This document shows, piece by piece, positions 8,964 to 18,179 of a stretch of DNA of 58,174 nt. Each line of letters starts with the position of its first letter. Position 1 is the stretch's first letter. A model generated the notes under the pieces. It had not been told where the DNA came from. It saw nothing but the letters and a program-made list of their open reading frames with translations, and did not search any database. Where the stretch lies: positions 1 to 58,174 of the IMG/VR virus record IMGVR_UViG_3300032309_000708; one strand, written 5' to 3'. This DNA comes from a virus. Lineage: Duplodnaviria > Caudoviricetes. The position numbers and the translations under genes were made by a program.

Positions 8964-9521
8964 ATGATCACTACGTCAAAAGATGCAGGTAAACTATTTG
9001 CTAAAAGCGAAACCGATGCAGATGAGTCACTCGAATGTTTTGCTCGTATACTAGGTGATGCCCCTACTTACGATCACTTTGAGGCATGCCGAATCGACTG
9101 GTTAAACGGGTACTGTGAAATCAAACCGAACGCAAAAGGAGCAAGTGCCGATGTCGCTTTTAGTCGCTGTAAGGATAGACTAGTAGCAAAATATAATCTG
9201 GTCGTGCCGTCATCACCGAATAAAGCTGCAACCAAAAAACGTGAAGAGCGAGCGACCAAACAAGCTGACCTGATAGCAAAGTATGAAAACGTAGATTCAG
9301 ATGAAATACACGATAGAATCGAGCAAGTGTATTTAGACCTTGCAAAGAGTCCTAGTAGCAAGATACTAAAGTCACAATGCAGGGAACTAGAGCAAGTGAT
9401 TAGAATAAAAGATAAGGAAATAATAGACCAGATAAAAGATGCAAAAGCAACAATAAAAGAAAAACTTGCCGAATGTGACGACATCGGTTTACTAGAGCAA
9501 GTTATCGAACTATTGTCCTAA
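8964..9521 (+). CDS. early helical protein, paralog 1
   Basis: AAGGA RBS; shares LG..P.Y...EACRI.W..GY and PSS.N..A.KK motifs with 9775-10434. Confidence 0.85.
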   Translation: MITTSKDAGKLFAKSETDADESLECFARILGDAPTYDHFEACRIDWLNGYCEIKPNAKGASADVAFSRCKDRLVAKYNLVVPSSPNKAATKKREERATKQADLIAKYENVDSDEIHDRIEQVYLDLAKSPSSKILKSQCRELEQVIRIKDKEIIDQIKDAKATIKEKLAECDDIGLLEQVIELLS

Positions 9522-9532
9522 CCATCAAACCT

Positions 9533-9560
9533 AAACCCTCAAAACATCGAGGGTTTTTTT
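9533..9560 (+). terminator. intrinsic terminator
   Basis: AAACCCTC/GAGGGTTT stem with T-tract. Confidence 0.8.
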
Positions 9561-9586
9561 ACGTCCAGACTTTTTGGACTTTTTCC

Positions 9587-9620
9587 CTACCACGTTGGAA
9601 TGACCGTTCCCTGTCTTTTT
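9587..9620 (+). repeat. 34-bp direct repeat, copy B
   Basis: CTACCACGTTGGAATGACCGTTCCCTGTCTTTTT. Confidence 0.9.
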
Positions 9621-9679
9621 ATTAACTTTTTTGCTGGTATGCTAGGAAATTGTCTTATGAAACAAAATAAAACATTTTA

Positions 9680-9708
9680 TTTACTTTTTATTTGGTTTTC
9701 TGTATAGT
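9680..9708 (+). promoter_or_regulatory. sigma70-like promoter, cassette 2
   Basis: TTTACT-17-TATAGT with A-tract upstream. Confidence 0.65.
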
Positions 9709-9715
9709 CTTAATT

Positions 9716-9742
9716 GGCATAATTACATAGGGTAATTATGTT
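9716..9742. promoter_or_regulatory. 27-bp palindromic site, copy 8 (just downstream of -10)
   Basis: GGCA TAA TTAC ATAGG GTAA TTA TGTT, 14/16. Confidence 0.7.
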
Positions 9743-9774
9743 TTTATTAATTAATCTTTTTATTGGAGTTTAGA

Positions 9775-10434
9775 ATGACAAACGAGAAAACAATGCAAGC
9801 AACTGAAACAGCGATTGCAAATGCGATTAATGAAGCTGCAAGCTTAAAGCCTGAGCAAGCCGATCAAGCTTTCAACTGTGGTATGCGGTCTGCTAAGATT
9901 AAGGAAAGCAATTTTGAAAACCTGAACACCTATGCTGCTACACTAGGCAAAAACCCAAGCTATGCAACCTATGAGGCTTGCCGTATTCAGTGGGTTAGCG
10001 GTTATGTATCAGAGAATCCAAATAATACGGGAGAAGCTGCGGATAAGGCTTTTCATACGTTCGCTAAGCAATTGAAGGAATTATTCGGTCTGGATAAGCC
10101 GAGTTCAGAGAATCCAGTAGCTAAGAAAAAGGCTGAGCAAAGGGCGGCTAAAAAAGCCGAGTTACTAGCAGAGTATAAAGATGAAACAATAGCCGAATTG
10201 AATGATCGCATTAAGGCAAATTTCAATACGCTATCAGTGCAGCCAAGCAATAAAGACGCTAAGAAAACAATAGCTGAGCTCGAAAAGGTAATTAAGGAAA
10301 AGCAAGCCGAGCAAGTGAAGGCTATCGGTGCAGAGCTTAAAGAACTCAAAGCCGCAGCTATTGACGAGATCAAAGCTTGTATGAATGTGACAACCTTAGA
10401 AAATGTAATAGAACTATTAATGCAATCGGATTAA
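9775..10434 (+). CDS. early helical protein, paralog 2
   Basis: GGAG RBS before ATG 9775; aligns by eye with 8964-9521. Confidence 0.85.
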   Translation: MTNEKTMQATETAIANAINEAASLKPEQADQAFNCGMRSAKIKESNFENLNTYAATLGKNPSYATYEACRIQWVSGYVSENPNNTGEAADKAFHTFAKQLKELFGLDKPSSENPVAKKKAEQRAAKKAELLAEYKDETIAELNDRIKANFNTLSVQPSNKDAKKTIAELEKVIKEKQAEQVKAIGAELKELKAAAIDEIKACMNVTTLENVIELLMQSD

Positions 10435-10464
10435 TCTAGTCATTAAGCCGACAGTAGCAACCAA

Positions 10465-10490
10465 GCCCGCTAGCAATAGCGGGTTTTTTT
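10465..10490 (+). terminator. intrinsic terminator
   Basis: GCCCGCTA-GCAA-TAGCGGG followed by T7. Confidence 0.9.
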
Positions 10491-10734
10491 ACGTCTATTT
10501 GCACCCAGTACAATTTTCCAGATAAGCCGACCGTACTACCCGCCCACCCAGCCATTTTTAATTTTTTTGTTGTACTGCATATACACTATGATTCGCACGT
10601 TAAATGAGCAACTTTGGGAACACCCCCCCCATGCCTTTTCAAAATGGCAACCCCCCACCCCCTATTTTTTGTAATTTAGAATCGGTGGTTTCGGCATACA
10701 GAAACACCCCCCTTAAGGGGACCCAAAAACCCAC

Positions 10735-10762
10735 TTGCATTTTTAAAAATATGTTGTATTAT
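10735..10762 (+). promoter_or_regulatory. putative promoter of the packaging operon
   Basis: TTGCAT-16-TATTAT; same CTTGCATTTT block as at 20063. Confidence 0.5.
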
Positions 10763-10783
10763 TCGGCTAGCAATACGAAAGTC

Positions 10784-11434
10784 ATGCCTATGACTACACC
10801 AATTACACCTACTATGACAAATGCCGTTCCGGACAACTTGTCGGACGAACTAGCTCCTTCATTCCAAGAGAATGCGAGGGTTGCTGCCTCTACGGCTGCG
10901 TTAATGGCAGAGTTGGGTATGCCGTTTGAAATGACGGAAGAAGATGAGAAACTTGCACATGAGTTATTCAAGCAGGTTGACTCCAAGAAGAAACCAAACT
11001 CCCCCCAAGCTTCATATAACCCACCTAATTTATATCAAGGCAACGTTGCTTTAAAGCTATCGGCTTTACTGAACGAATACGACCATCGTGTAATTCTTGA
11101 TGCAACCCAAGCCCGTACATACATAACAAATAGGCTTCTGGAGATCAGCAGTTGCGGCGACGCAAAACAAGAACTGCGAGCCATCGAGTTGCTTGGAAAA
11201 CTTTCTGATGTCGGCGCTTTTGCAGAGAAGTCAGAGATCACAATTACCCACAGAACATCAGATGACTTAAAGAATGTCATTGCAGACAAAATACAGAAGT
11301 TGCTACTACAGCAACAGAACAAGACTATAGATATTACGCCAGACGATTCCTTAGAACGTGAGCTTGGACTAATAGAAGATGTAGAAGTAACAGATGTAGA
11401 TACGTTGCTACAAGATGGGGATGAAACTGAATGA
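10784..11434 (+). CDS. terS: putative terminase small subunit
   Basis: immediately upstream of and overlapping terL; ELRAIELLGKL..VGAF motif; start uncertain (10784 or 10790). Confidence 0.65.
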   Translation: MPMTTPITPTMTNAVPDNLSDELAPSFQENARVAASTAALMAELGMPFEMTEEDEKLAHELFKQVDSKKKPNSPQASYNPPNLYQGNVALKLSALLNEYDHRVILDATQARTYITNRLLEISSCGDAKQELRAIELLGKLSDVGAFAEKSEITITHRTSDDLKNVIADKIQKLLLQQQNKTIDITPDDSLERELGLIEDVEVTDVDTLLQDGDETE

Positions 11435-12942
11435 ATCCTCAAGAACTGCAAACACTATTAAAGATACTTCCTACGATGACGGAATCCCAGATGCGGGATT
11501 TATATGTATCATTAGAAGAACATGACCAATTAGAAAGCAGAGAAAATGCAGCCAATAACTTCATGGATTTTGTACATAAGGTCTGGCCTAATTTTATTAA
11601 TGGAGCACATCATGTCAGAATGGCTAGGGCGTTTGAAAGAGTGGCTAGTGGCAAGTGTAAAAGGCTTATTATTAATATGCCGCCGCGACACACAAAAAGT
11701 GAGTTTGCCTCCTATCTCCTCCCAGCATGGTTCCTCGGAAAATACCCGGGCAAAAAAGTTATCCAGACGTCTCACACAGCGGAACTTGCAGTAGGTTTTG
11801 GTCGTAAGGTTCGTAACTTGGTGGACAGTGAAGTGTATGGGCAGATATTTCCCGGCGTAGCTCTTCAATCTGATAGTAAAGCAGCAGGACGATGGAACAC
11901 AAACTCTGGCGGTGACTACTTCGCTATTGGTGTAGGTGGCGCAGTTACTGGTAAGGGTGCTGATATTCTTATAATTGATGACCCGCACAGTGAACAAGAG
12001 GCTGCATTAGCTGAAATAAACCCAGAAATCTACGATAAGGTCTATGAGTGGTACACATCTGGCCCTCGTCAACGTCTGCAACCGGGTGGATCTATCGTAG
12101 TTGTTATGACACGCTGGTCAAAAAAGGATTTGACTGGGCAAGTTTTGAAGTCTGCGGCCCAAAGAAGCGGTGAAGAGTGGGAAGTTATCGAATTTCCTGC
12201 TATTTTGCCCTCTGGAAACCCACTTTGGCCCGAGTTTTGGTCTTTAGACGAGCTTTCAGCGTTAAAAAACGAGCTGCCCAACCAGAAATGGATGGCTCAG
12301 TACATGCAAAACCCCACTTCGGACGTTTCTGCGATAGTAAAAAGGGAATGGTGGCAAATTTGGGAGAAAGATGACCCTCCATCATGTGAATTTGTACTGC
12401 AATCGTGGGATACTGCGTTTGAAAAATCAAACAGGGCTGACTATTCAGCATGTACAACGTGGGGTGTGTTTTATCAGCCCGACGATACTGGTGTTACACA
12501 AGCAAACATCATTCTTTTGAACGCTTTTAGGCAGCGAATGGAGTTCCCGCTACTAAAGAAGAAAGCGATAGAAGAGTTTAAAGAGTGGGACCCTGATAGT
12601 ATTATCATAGAGAAGAAAGCTTCTGGTGCTCCACTTATATATGAGTTGAGAGCAATGGGTATACCTGTACAAGACTTTACGCCATCAAAAGGTAACGATA
12701 AGATTAGCCGTCTAAATGCGGTATCGGATATTTTTGCTTCAGGAAGAGTATGGATACCCGGCACTAATTGGGCGGAAGAAGTAGTTGATGAGGTAGCTTC
12801 GTTTCCCGGCGGAGAGCATGACGACTATGTTGACTCTGTGTCTATGGCGTTAATGCGGTTTAGAAGAGGTGGGTATATACGCACTGACTTAGATGAGCCG
12901 GAAGAGATTAAAGAGTTCCGCCGCAAGCGGGAATACTATTAA
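11431..12942 (+). CDS. terL: terminase large subunit
   Basis: MPPRHTKS Walker A, IIDDP Walker B, SWDTA and HDDYVD nuclease motifs. Confidence 0.95.
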   Translation: MNPQELQTLLKILPTMTESQMRDLYVSLEEHDQLESRENAANNFMDFVHKVWPNFINGAHHVRMARAFERVASGKCKRLIINMPPRHTKSEFASYLLPAWFLGKYPGKKVIQTSHTAELAVGFGRKVRNLVDSEVYGQIFPGVALQSDSKAAGRWNTNSGGDYFAIGVGGAVTGKGADILIIDDPHSEQEAALAEINPEIYDKVYEWYTSGPRQRLQPGGSIVVVMTRWSKKDLTGQVLKSAAQRSGEEWEVIEFPAILPSGNPLWPEFWSLDELSALKNELPNQKWMAQYMQNPTSDVSAIVKREWWQIWEKDDPPSCEFVLQSWDTAFEKSNRADYSACTTWGVFYQPDDTGVTQANIILLNAFRQRMEFPLLKKKAIEEFKEWDPDSIIIEKKASGAPLIYELRAMGIPVQDFTPSKGNDKISRLNAVSDIFASGRVWIPGTNWAEEVVDEVASFPGGEHDDYVDSVSMALMRFRRGGYIRTDLDEPEEIKEFRRKREYY

Positions 12943-12962
12943 GAATTAAGTAAGGATTAAAA

Positions 12963-15488
12963 ATGGCTATAGATAAATCACTTAATCAAGCACCACTAGG
13001 GTTAGGCGCGATGGACCCGCTTATGCAACCAGAGATGGAGCAAGATGATATTGAGATTGAGATCGAAGACCCAGAAAGTGTGTCTTTGCGTATGGATGGG
13101 TTAGAGATTGATATTGAGCCTATCGACGAACAAGATGATGAGTTCAATGACAACTTAGCCGAGCATCTTGATGATGACGTGTTAGCTACTTTAGCTGGCG
13201 ATTTACTTGGTGATATCGACGATGATATCAGTGCTCGTAAAGACTGGATGCAAACTTATGTTGATGGCTTAGAGTTATTAGGCATGCGTCTGGAAGAACG
13301 AAGCGAACCTTGGGAAGGAGCTTGCGGTGTATATCACCCACTGTTATCAGAAGCTTTGGTTAAGTTTCAGTCCGAAACGATTATGGAAACTTTTCCGGCG
13401 GCGGGTCCTGTTAAGACACAGATTATTGGTAAAGAAACTCCACAAAAACGCAAAGCAGCAGAGCGTGTAAGAGATGATATGAATTATCAGCTCACCGACG
13501 TTATGAAAGAGTATCGTCCTGAGCATGAGCGTATGTTATGGGGCTTGGGCTTATCAGGTAATGCGTTTAAGAAAGTTTACTTCGACCCAGCGTTGGATCG
13601 TCAGGTATCTATATTTATTCCTGCGGAAGATGTAATTGTGCCTTATGGTGCAAGTAACTTAGAGTCTGCAGAACGTGTAACACACGTAATGCGTAAGACA
13701 AAGAATGAACTACGTAAGCTACAAGTAGCAGGTTTTTATCGTGACGTTGATCTGCCAGAACCTACTAATACATTAGATGACGTAGAGAAAAAGATTGCAG
13801 AGAAGATGGGCTTTAGAGCTACATCTGATGATCGCTATAAACTTCTTGAGACACAAGTATTTTTAGACTTAGAAGGCTTTGAAGATAAAGATGATAAGGG
13901 CGAACCTACTGGTATAGCATTGCCTTACATCGTCACAATCGATAAGTCGTCACAAGAAATATTAGCCATCCGTCGTAACTGGGAGCCTGATGATGAAGGC
14001 TGTCAGAAGCGTAACCACATGGTTCACTATGGTTATATACCGGGCTTTGGCTTTTACTGTTTTGGTTTAATACACTTAATAGGTGCATACGCTAAGAGCG
14101 GTACATCCATCTTAAGACAACTCGTAGATGCAGGTACATTAGCTAACTTGCCGGGTGGTTTAAAGTCAAAAGGTATGCGTACTAAAGGTGACGATACTCC
14201 TATCGCACCGGGTGAATGGCGTGATGTTGATGTAGCGTCTGGCACCATACGTGACAATATTCTTCCTCTTCCATACAAAGAACCAAGCCAAGTTTTATCT
14301 GGCTTAATGGATAAAATCATCGACGAAGGCCGTCGTTTCGCAAGTGCTGCCGACATGAAAATATCGGATATGAGTGCAAACAGCCCAGTTGGTACTACGC
14401 TTGCAATCTTAGAGCGTACGTTAAAGATCATGTCAGCGGTTCAAGCGCGTATTCACTATGCGATGAAAGAAGAGTTCCGCTTATTAAAGCGCATCATTGC
14501 CGACTACACACCAGAAGAGTATACATACGAGCCAGTTGAAGGTTCACGTCGTGCTAAGAAATCTGACTACGACAATGTAGAAGTGATACCAGTATCTGAC
14601 CCTAATGCGGCGACGATGTCGCAGAAGGTTGTTCAGTATCAAGCCGTCATGCAGATGGCACAGCAAAACCCACAAATCTACGACCAAGTAGAACTTAACC
14701 GACAGATGTTAGAAGTGCTTGGCATTAAAAACATAGGTAAATTAATACCGAGCGCAGAAGACCAGAAACCAAAAGACCCTGTGTCCGAGAACATGGCAGT
14801 CTTAAACAACAAGCCTGTAAAAGCATTCGTGTATCAAGACCACGAAGCGCACATCGCTGTACACACATCAGCTATACAAGATCCAAAGATAGCAAAGATT
14901 GTGGGGCAAAACCCACAGGCACAGATGATGATGGCAGCAATGATGGCCCACATCAACGAGCACGTAGCGTTCCAATATCGCAAAGAGATAGAGGAGCAAT
15001 TAGGCATCCCACTACCAAAGATGGACGAGGAGTTGGAGCCAGAGATGGAGCAAGAGATTTCTCGCATGATGGCTGCAGCAGCAATAAAACTGCTACAGAA
15101 AGATTCCGCAGAAGCTCAAGCACAACAAGCTCAGCAAATGCAACAAGACCCAATTATTCAGATGCAGCAACAAGAGTTGCAGATCAAGTCAAAAGAAGTA
15201 GAGTTGAAAGCTCAAAAACTTATGATAGACGCAGCTGCAAAGCAAGACCAGATAGAGATCGAGAAAGCGCGTATCGAAGCGCAAAGAGAAATCGCTGGTA
15301 TGCAAGTTGGAGCCAAAGCCCAGAAAGACAAACTGGAAATGGAATCAAAACAGCAGTTGGAAGGACTACGTATTGGGACAGAGGTTGCAAGAAACCGCGC
15401 TCAAATGTCGTTACAAGAACGTCAGTCTATGAGACAGGCGCAAATGCAAGCAAACAAACCTAAATCTACCCCTAAAAAAGGTGAATAA
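12963..15488 (+). CDS. portal protein
   Basis: 841 aa directly after terL; PWEGACGV.HP and PGFGFY motifs; Q-rich C-terminal coiled coil as in P22-like portals. Confidence 0.85.
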   Translation: MAIDKSLNQAPLGLGAMDPLMQPEMEQDDIEIEIEDPESVSLRMDGLEIDIEPIDEQDDEFNDNLAEHLDDDVLATLAGDLLGDIDDDISARKDWMQTYVDGLELLGMRLEERSEPWEGACGVYHPLLSEALVKFQSETIMETFPAAGPVKTQIIGKETPQKRKAAERVRDDMNYQLTDVMKEYRPEHERMLWGLGLSGNAFKKVYFDPALDRQVSIFIPAEDVIVPYGASNLESAERVTHVMRKTKNELRKLQVAGFYRDVDLPEPTNTLDDVEKKIAEKMGFRATSDDRYKLLETQVFLDLEGFEDKDDKGEPTGIALPYIVTIDKSSQEILAIRRNWEPDDEGCQKRNHMVHYGYIPGFGFYCFGLIHLIGAYAKSGTSILRQLVDAGTLANLPGGLKSKGMRTKGDDTPIAPGEWRDVDVASGTIRDNILPLPYKEPSQVLSGLMDKIIDEGRRFASAADMKISDMSANSPVGTTLAILERTLKIMSAVQARIHYAMKEEFRLLKRIIADYTPEEYTYEPVEGSRRAKKSDYDNVEVIPVSDPNAATMSQKVVQYQAVMQMAQQNPQIYDQVELNRQMLEVLGIKNIGKLIPSAEDQKPKDPVSENMAVLNNKPVKAFVYQDHEAHIAVHTSAIQDPKIAKIVGQNPQAQMMMAAMMAHINEHVAFQYRKEIEEQLGIPLPKMDEELEPEMEQEISRMMAAAAIKLLQKDSAEAQAQQAQQMQQDPIIQMQQQELQIKSKEVELKAQKLMIDAAAKQDQIEIEKARIEAQREIAGMQVGAKAQKDKLEMESKQQLEGLRIGTEVARNRAQMSLQERQSMRQAQMQANKPKSTPKKGE

Positions 15489-15682
15489 TGGACAGAACTT
15501 TAGAGATTATCAAGCACCAGATAAACGAGAAACAAGCACAAGTAGCACATGCTATGAGTGAAGGTGCGGCGAAAGATTACGCGGAATACCGCGGAATGTG
15601 CGGTGAAATTAGAGGTCTTTCCATCGCAGAAGGATACATACTTGACCTTGCAAACCAAATGGAGCGAAACAACGATGAGTGA
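15488..15682 (+). CDS. small protein downstream of portal
   Basis: DYAEYRGMCGEIRGL motif, TAATG coupling. Confidence 0.75.
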   Translation: MDRTLEIIKHQINEKQAQVAHAMSEGAAKDYAEYRGMCGEIRGLSIAEGYILDLANQMERNNDE

Positions 15683-16079
15683 AAACTTAATCATTGCGAC
15701 AGAACACGGTGAAATATCCGAGTTACCGCAAACTACGGAAGAAAAGGGTAAACAGTTGCCAGAACCAGTGGGATACCACATTTTGGTAGCACTTCCAGAA
15801 GCCGAAGAGAAGTTTGAAAGCGGCATTATTAAATCAGACGAAACACGTAGGTTTGAAGAAGTCTTAGCTACTGTATTTTTTGTAGTCAAGATTGGCCCAG
15901 ATGCTTATAAAGATGTTAATAAGTTCCCTACAGGTCCTTGGTGCAAAGAAGGCGACTTCGTTCTTGCAAGACCAAATAGCGGTACACGATTGAAAATACA
16001 CGGACGCGAGTTCCGACTTTTAAACGACGACACCATTGAGGCTGTCGTACAAGATCCACGTGGCATTAGCCGCGCATAA
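15675..16079 (+). CDS. groES: GroES-like co-chaperonin
   Basis: PVGYHILV, GII, VVKIGP, KEGDFV, GTRLKIHGREFRLLNDDTIEAVV; start moved to ATG 15675. Confidence 0.85.
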   Translation: MSENLIIATEHGEISELPQTTEEKGKQLPEPVGYHILVALPEAEEKFESGIIKSDETRRFEEVLATVFFVVKIGPDAYKDVNKFPTGPWCKEGDFVLARPNSGTRLKIHGREFRLLNDDTIEAVVQDPRGISRA

Positions 16080-16089
16080 GGAGGTAAAT

Positions 16090-17058
16090 ATGGCAGATAT
16101 AGAAAAGACAGAATTTGAGTTTCCCGATGAGATAGAAGCCAAAGACGGTGGTAAAGTTGAGGCTAAAAATAACGTCGAGGATGTAGATTTTGATATTATT
16201 GACGATACTCCTGAAGAGGATCGTGGTCGTGAGCCATTGCCAAAAGAGGTAGTGGATGAACTAGACAAAGATGAGTTAGAAGACTATTCTGAAAAGGTTA
16301 AGAAAAAACTAATTCAGATGAAGAAAGTCTGGCACGATGAGCGCCGTGAAAAGGAACGGGTTCAACGTGAGCAGCAAGAGGCTATTGCGTATGCACAGCG
16401 TATACTTAAAGAGAATGAAAAGCTAAAATCTAGGCTAACTGCTGGGGAGAAAACTTTCCTAGACACCTATAAAGGCGCTGCAGAATTAGAGTTAGATGCA
16501 GCTAAAAAGGCTTATAAAGATGCGTATGACAACGGCGATTCGGATAGATTAGTAGAAGCGCAACAGAAGATTTCTGACGCTAACTATAAACTTCGTAAAG
16601 CAGAAGAATACGTCCCCTCTTTACAAGATGATAAAAGTAGTGTACAAAGCGAACCAGAAGTACAAGTGTCTCGCCCTGACCCAAGAGCTACTGCGTGGCA
16701 ACAGCGCAATACATGGTTCGGTCAGGACGAGGAAATGACCAGTCTAGCACTTGGACTACATCAAAAATTGGTCAAAGAGCATGGGGCAAATTACCCATCA
16801 ACAGATGAATACTGGGAAAAAGTCGATAGCACTATGCGTCGCAGATTCCCAGACTATTTTCCAAATGAAACGTCTGAAGCGGAAACTAAACCTGCTGGAC
16901 GTACCGAAAGAGCCGCTACGGTAGTCGCTCCTGCAACACGTAGTACAGCTTCCAAAAAAGTTGTGCTCAAGCAGTCAGAATTGGCTATTGCCAAGAAACT
17001 GGGAGTTACCCCTGAGCGATATGCCCGTGAAAAACTTTTAACAAATGGAGGCCAATAA
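16090..17058 (+). CDS. putative capsid scaffolding protein
   Basis: acidic N-terminus, long coiled coil, C-terminal AIAKKLGVTPERYA; position before capsid genes. Confidence 0.7.
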   Translation: MADIEKTEFEFPDEIEAKDGGKVEAKNNVEDVDFDIIDDTPEEDRGREPLPKEVVDELDKDELEDYSEKVKKKLIQMKKVWHDERREKERVQREQQEAIAYAQRILKENEKLKSRLTAGEKTFLDTYKGAAELELDAAKKAYKDAYDNGDSDRLVEAQQKISDANYKLRKAEEYVPSLQDDKSSVQSEPEVQVSRPDPRATAWQQRNTWFGQDEEMTSLALGLHQKLVKEHGANYPSTDEYWEKVDSTMRRRFPDYFPNETSEAETKPAGRTERAATVVAPATRSTASKKVVLKQSELAIAKKLGVTPERYAREKLLTNGGQ

Positions 17059-17507
17059 TGGCTGAAAACAAATTAAGTAGAGAACTTGAAACCCGTGCTA
17101 TTCAGGAACGTCCTAAGCAGTGGACACAACCTGAGCTTTTGCCTGAACCAGATAAGCAGCCCGGTTTTGCGTACAGATGGATTCGCGTATCAACTTTACA
17201 GAATGCAGACCCACGTAATCTTTCAGCAAAAATGCGTGAAGGGTGGGAGCCAGTAAAGATTGAGGAGCAACCAAAATTTCAGCTGCTAGCCGATCCTAAT
17301 AGTCGTTTTAAAGACAACGTTGAGATTGGCGGACTGTTGTTATGCAAGACACCCATCGAGTTTGTGGAGCAGCGTAATAGCCACTACCAGAGACAGGCCG
17401 AAGGCCAGATGGAGTCTGTAGACCACAGCTTAATGCGTCAAAGTGACCCGCGTATGCCTCTCTTTAATGAGAAGAAATCTACGACGACCTTTGGCACTGG
17501 AAAATAG
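17058..17507 (+). CDS. head-module protein
   Basis: YRWIR, REGWEPV and IGGLLLCK motifs; between scaffold and capsid. Confidence 0.7.
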   Translation: MAENKLSRELETRAIQERPKQWTQPELLPEPDKQPGFAYRWIRVSTLQNADPRNLSAKMREGWEPVKIEEQPKFQLLADPNSRFKDNVEIGGLLLCKTPIEFVEQRNSHYQRQAEGQMESVDHSLMRQSDPRMPLFNEKKSTTTFGTGK

Positions 17508-17531
17508 TAAATAACTTTTTTGGAGCAATTT

Positions 17532-18167
17532 ATGGCTTATCCTACTGTAAACGCCCCTTACGGGCTAAAGCCAATCAATTTGATTGGTGGTCAGGTGTTC
17601 GCCGGTTCCACACGTAATCTTGCTATTACCACAGCGTCTGTTAACTACAACACACCAATTTTTTACGGTGATGTAGTTCAAATCAGCACTACTGGTACTA
17701 TCATTATTTCTACGTTGGACACTGAGTCTTCACCTGTTGCTGGTGTTGTTGGTGTATTTTTAGGTTGTACTTACACCAACCCTACTACTAACCAAGTACT
17801 ATTCTCTCAATCTTGGCCCGGCTTCGCATCTGGCGTTACTGATGCGTTTGCTATTGTTGCTGATGATCCAGATACATTGTTTAAAGTTGTTTCTGTTGGC
17901 GCTACTGCTGACACCACCGGTTTAGTACCAGTAGCTGTTGGTCAAACCATTATTGGTGGGAACATGACTTTGGTCTTGAACACTGGTGATTCACAATCAG
18001 GTAATTCAAGAATTGGTGTTACTACTCAAGCTACTGCATCCACAAGCGCAGCAATGCGTGTTGTTGACGTAGTACCTGATACTGCAACCTCGTCTGGTTA
18101 TGTTGAGTTGATCGTTAAGTTCAACTTTGGCTACCATTCGTACTATAACGCCACTGGCGTAGCATAA
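17532..18167 (+). CDS. putative head decoration/cement protein
   Basis: APYGLKP, IFYGD, GVFLGC and VADDPD motifs, beta-rich, directly before MCP. Confidence 0.65.
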   Translation: MAYPTVNAPYGLKPINLIGGQVFAGSTRNLAITTASVNYNTPIFYGDVVQISTTGTIIISTLDTESSPVAGVVGVFLGCTYTNPTTNQVLFSQSWPGFASGVTDAFAIVADDPDTLFKVVSVGATADTTGLVPVAVGQTIIGGNMTLVLNTGDSQSGNSRIGVTTQATASTSAAMRVVDVVPDTATSSGYVELIVKFNFGYHSYYNATGVA

Positions 18168-18179
18168 GGAGCTTAAATC

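Noticed and set aside
387-9742. 27-bp palindromes or 34-bp repeats as a CRISPR array
   Set aside because: Copies are hundreds to thousands of bases apart and separated by genes; no regular spacers and no cas genes.
8916-9742. TTAC-ATAGG-GTAA as a conserved RNA hairpin (boxB or CsrA-like)
   Set aside because: Six other copies have different central sequences and mostly unpaired N3 positions, which fits a DNA palindrome better; no GGA loop.
10604-10783. N-terminal extension of terS from the ORF track
   Set aside because: It translates the C-tracts as Pro runs and spans a likely promoter; a later ATG is more plausible.
13030-15055. 17-bp repeat CCAGAGATGGAGCAAGA in the portal gene
   Set aside because: Only two copies, both encoding PEMEQ in low-complexity acidic stretches; no sign of function.
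16620-16648. Internal promoter TTTACA-17-TACAAA in the scaffold gene
   Set aside because: The -10 match is weak; it cannot be supported without TSS or conservation data.
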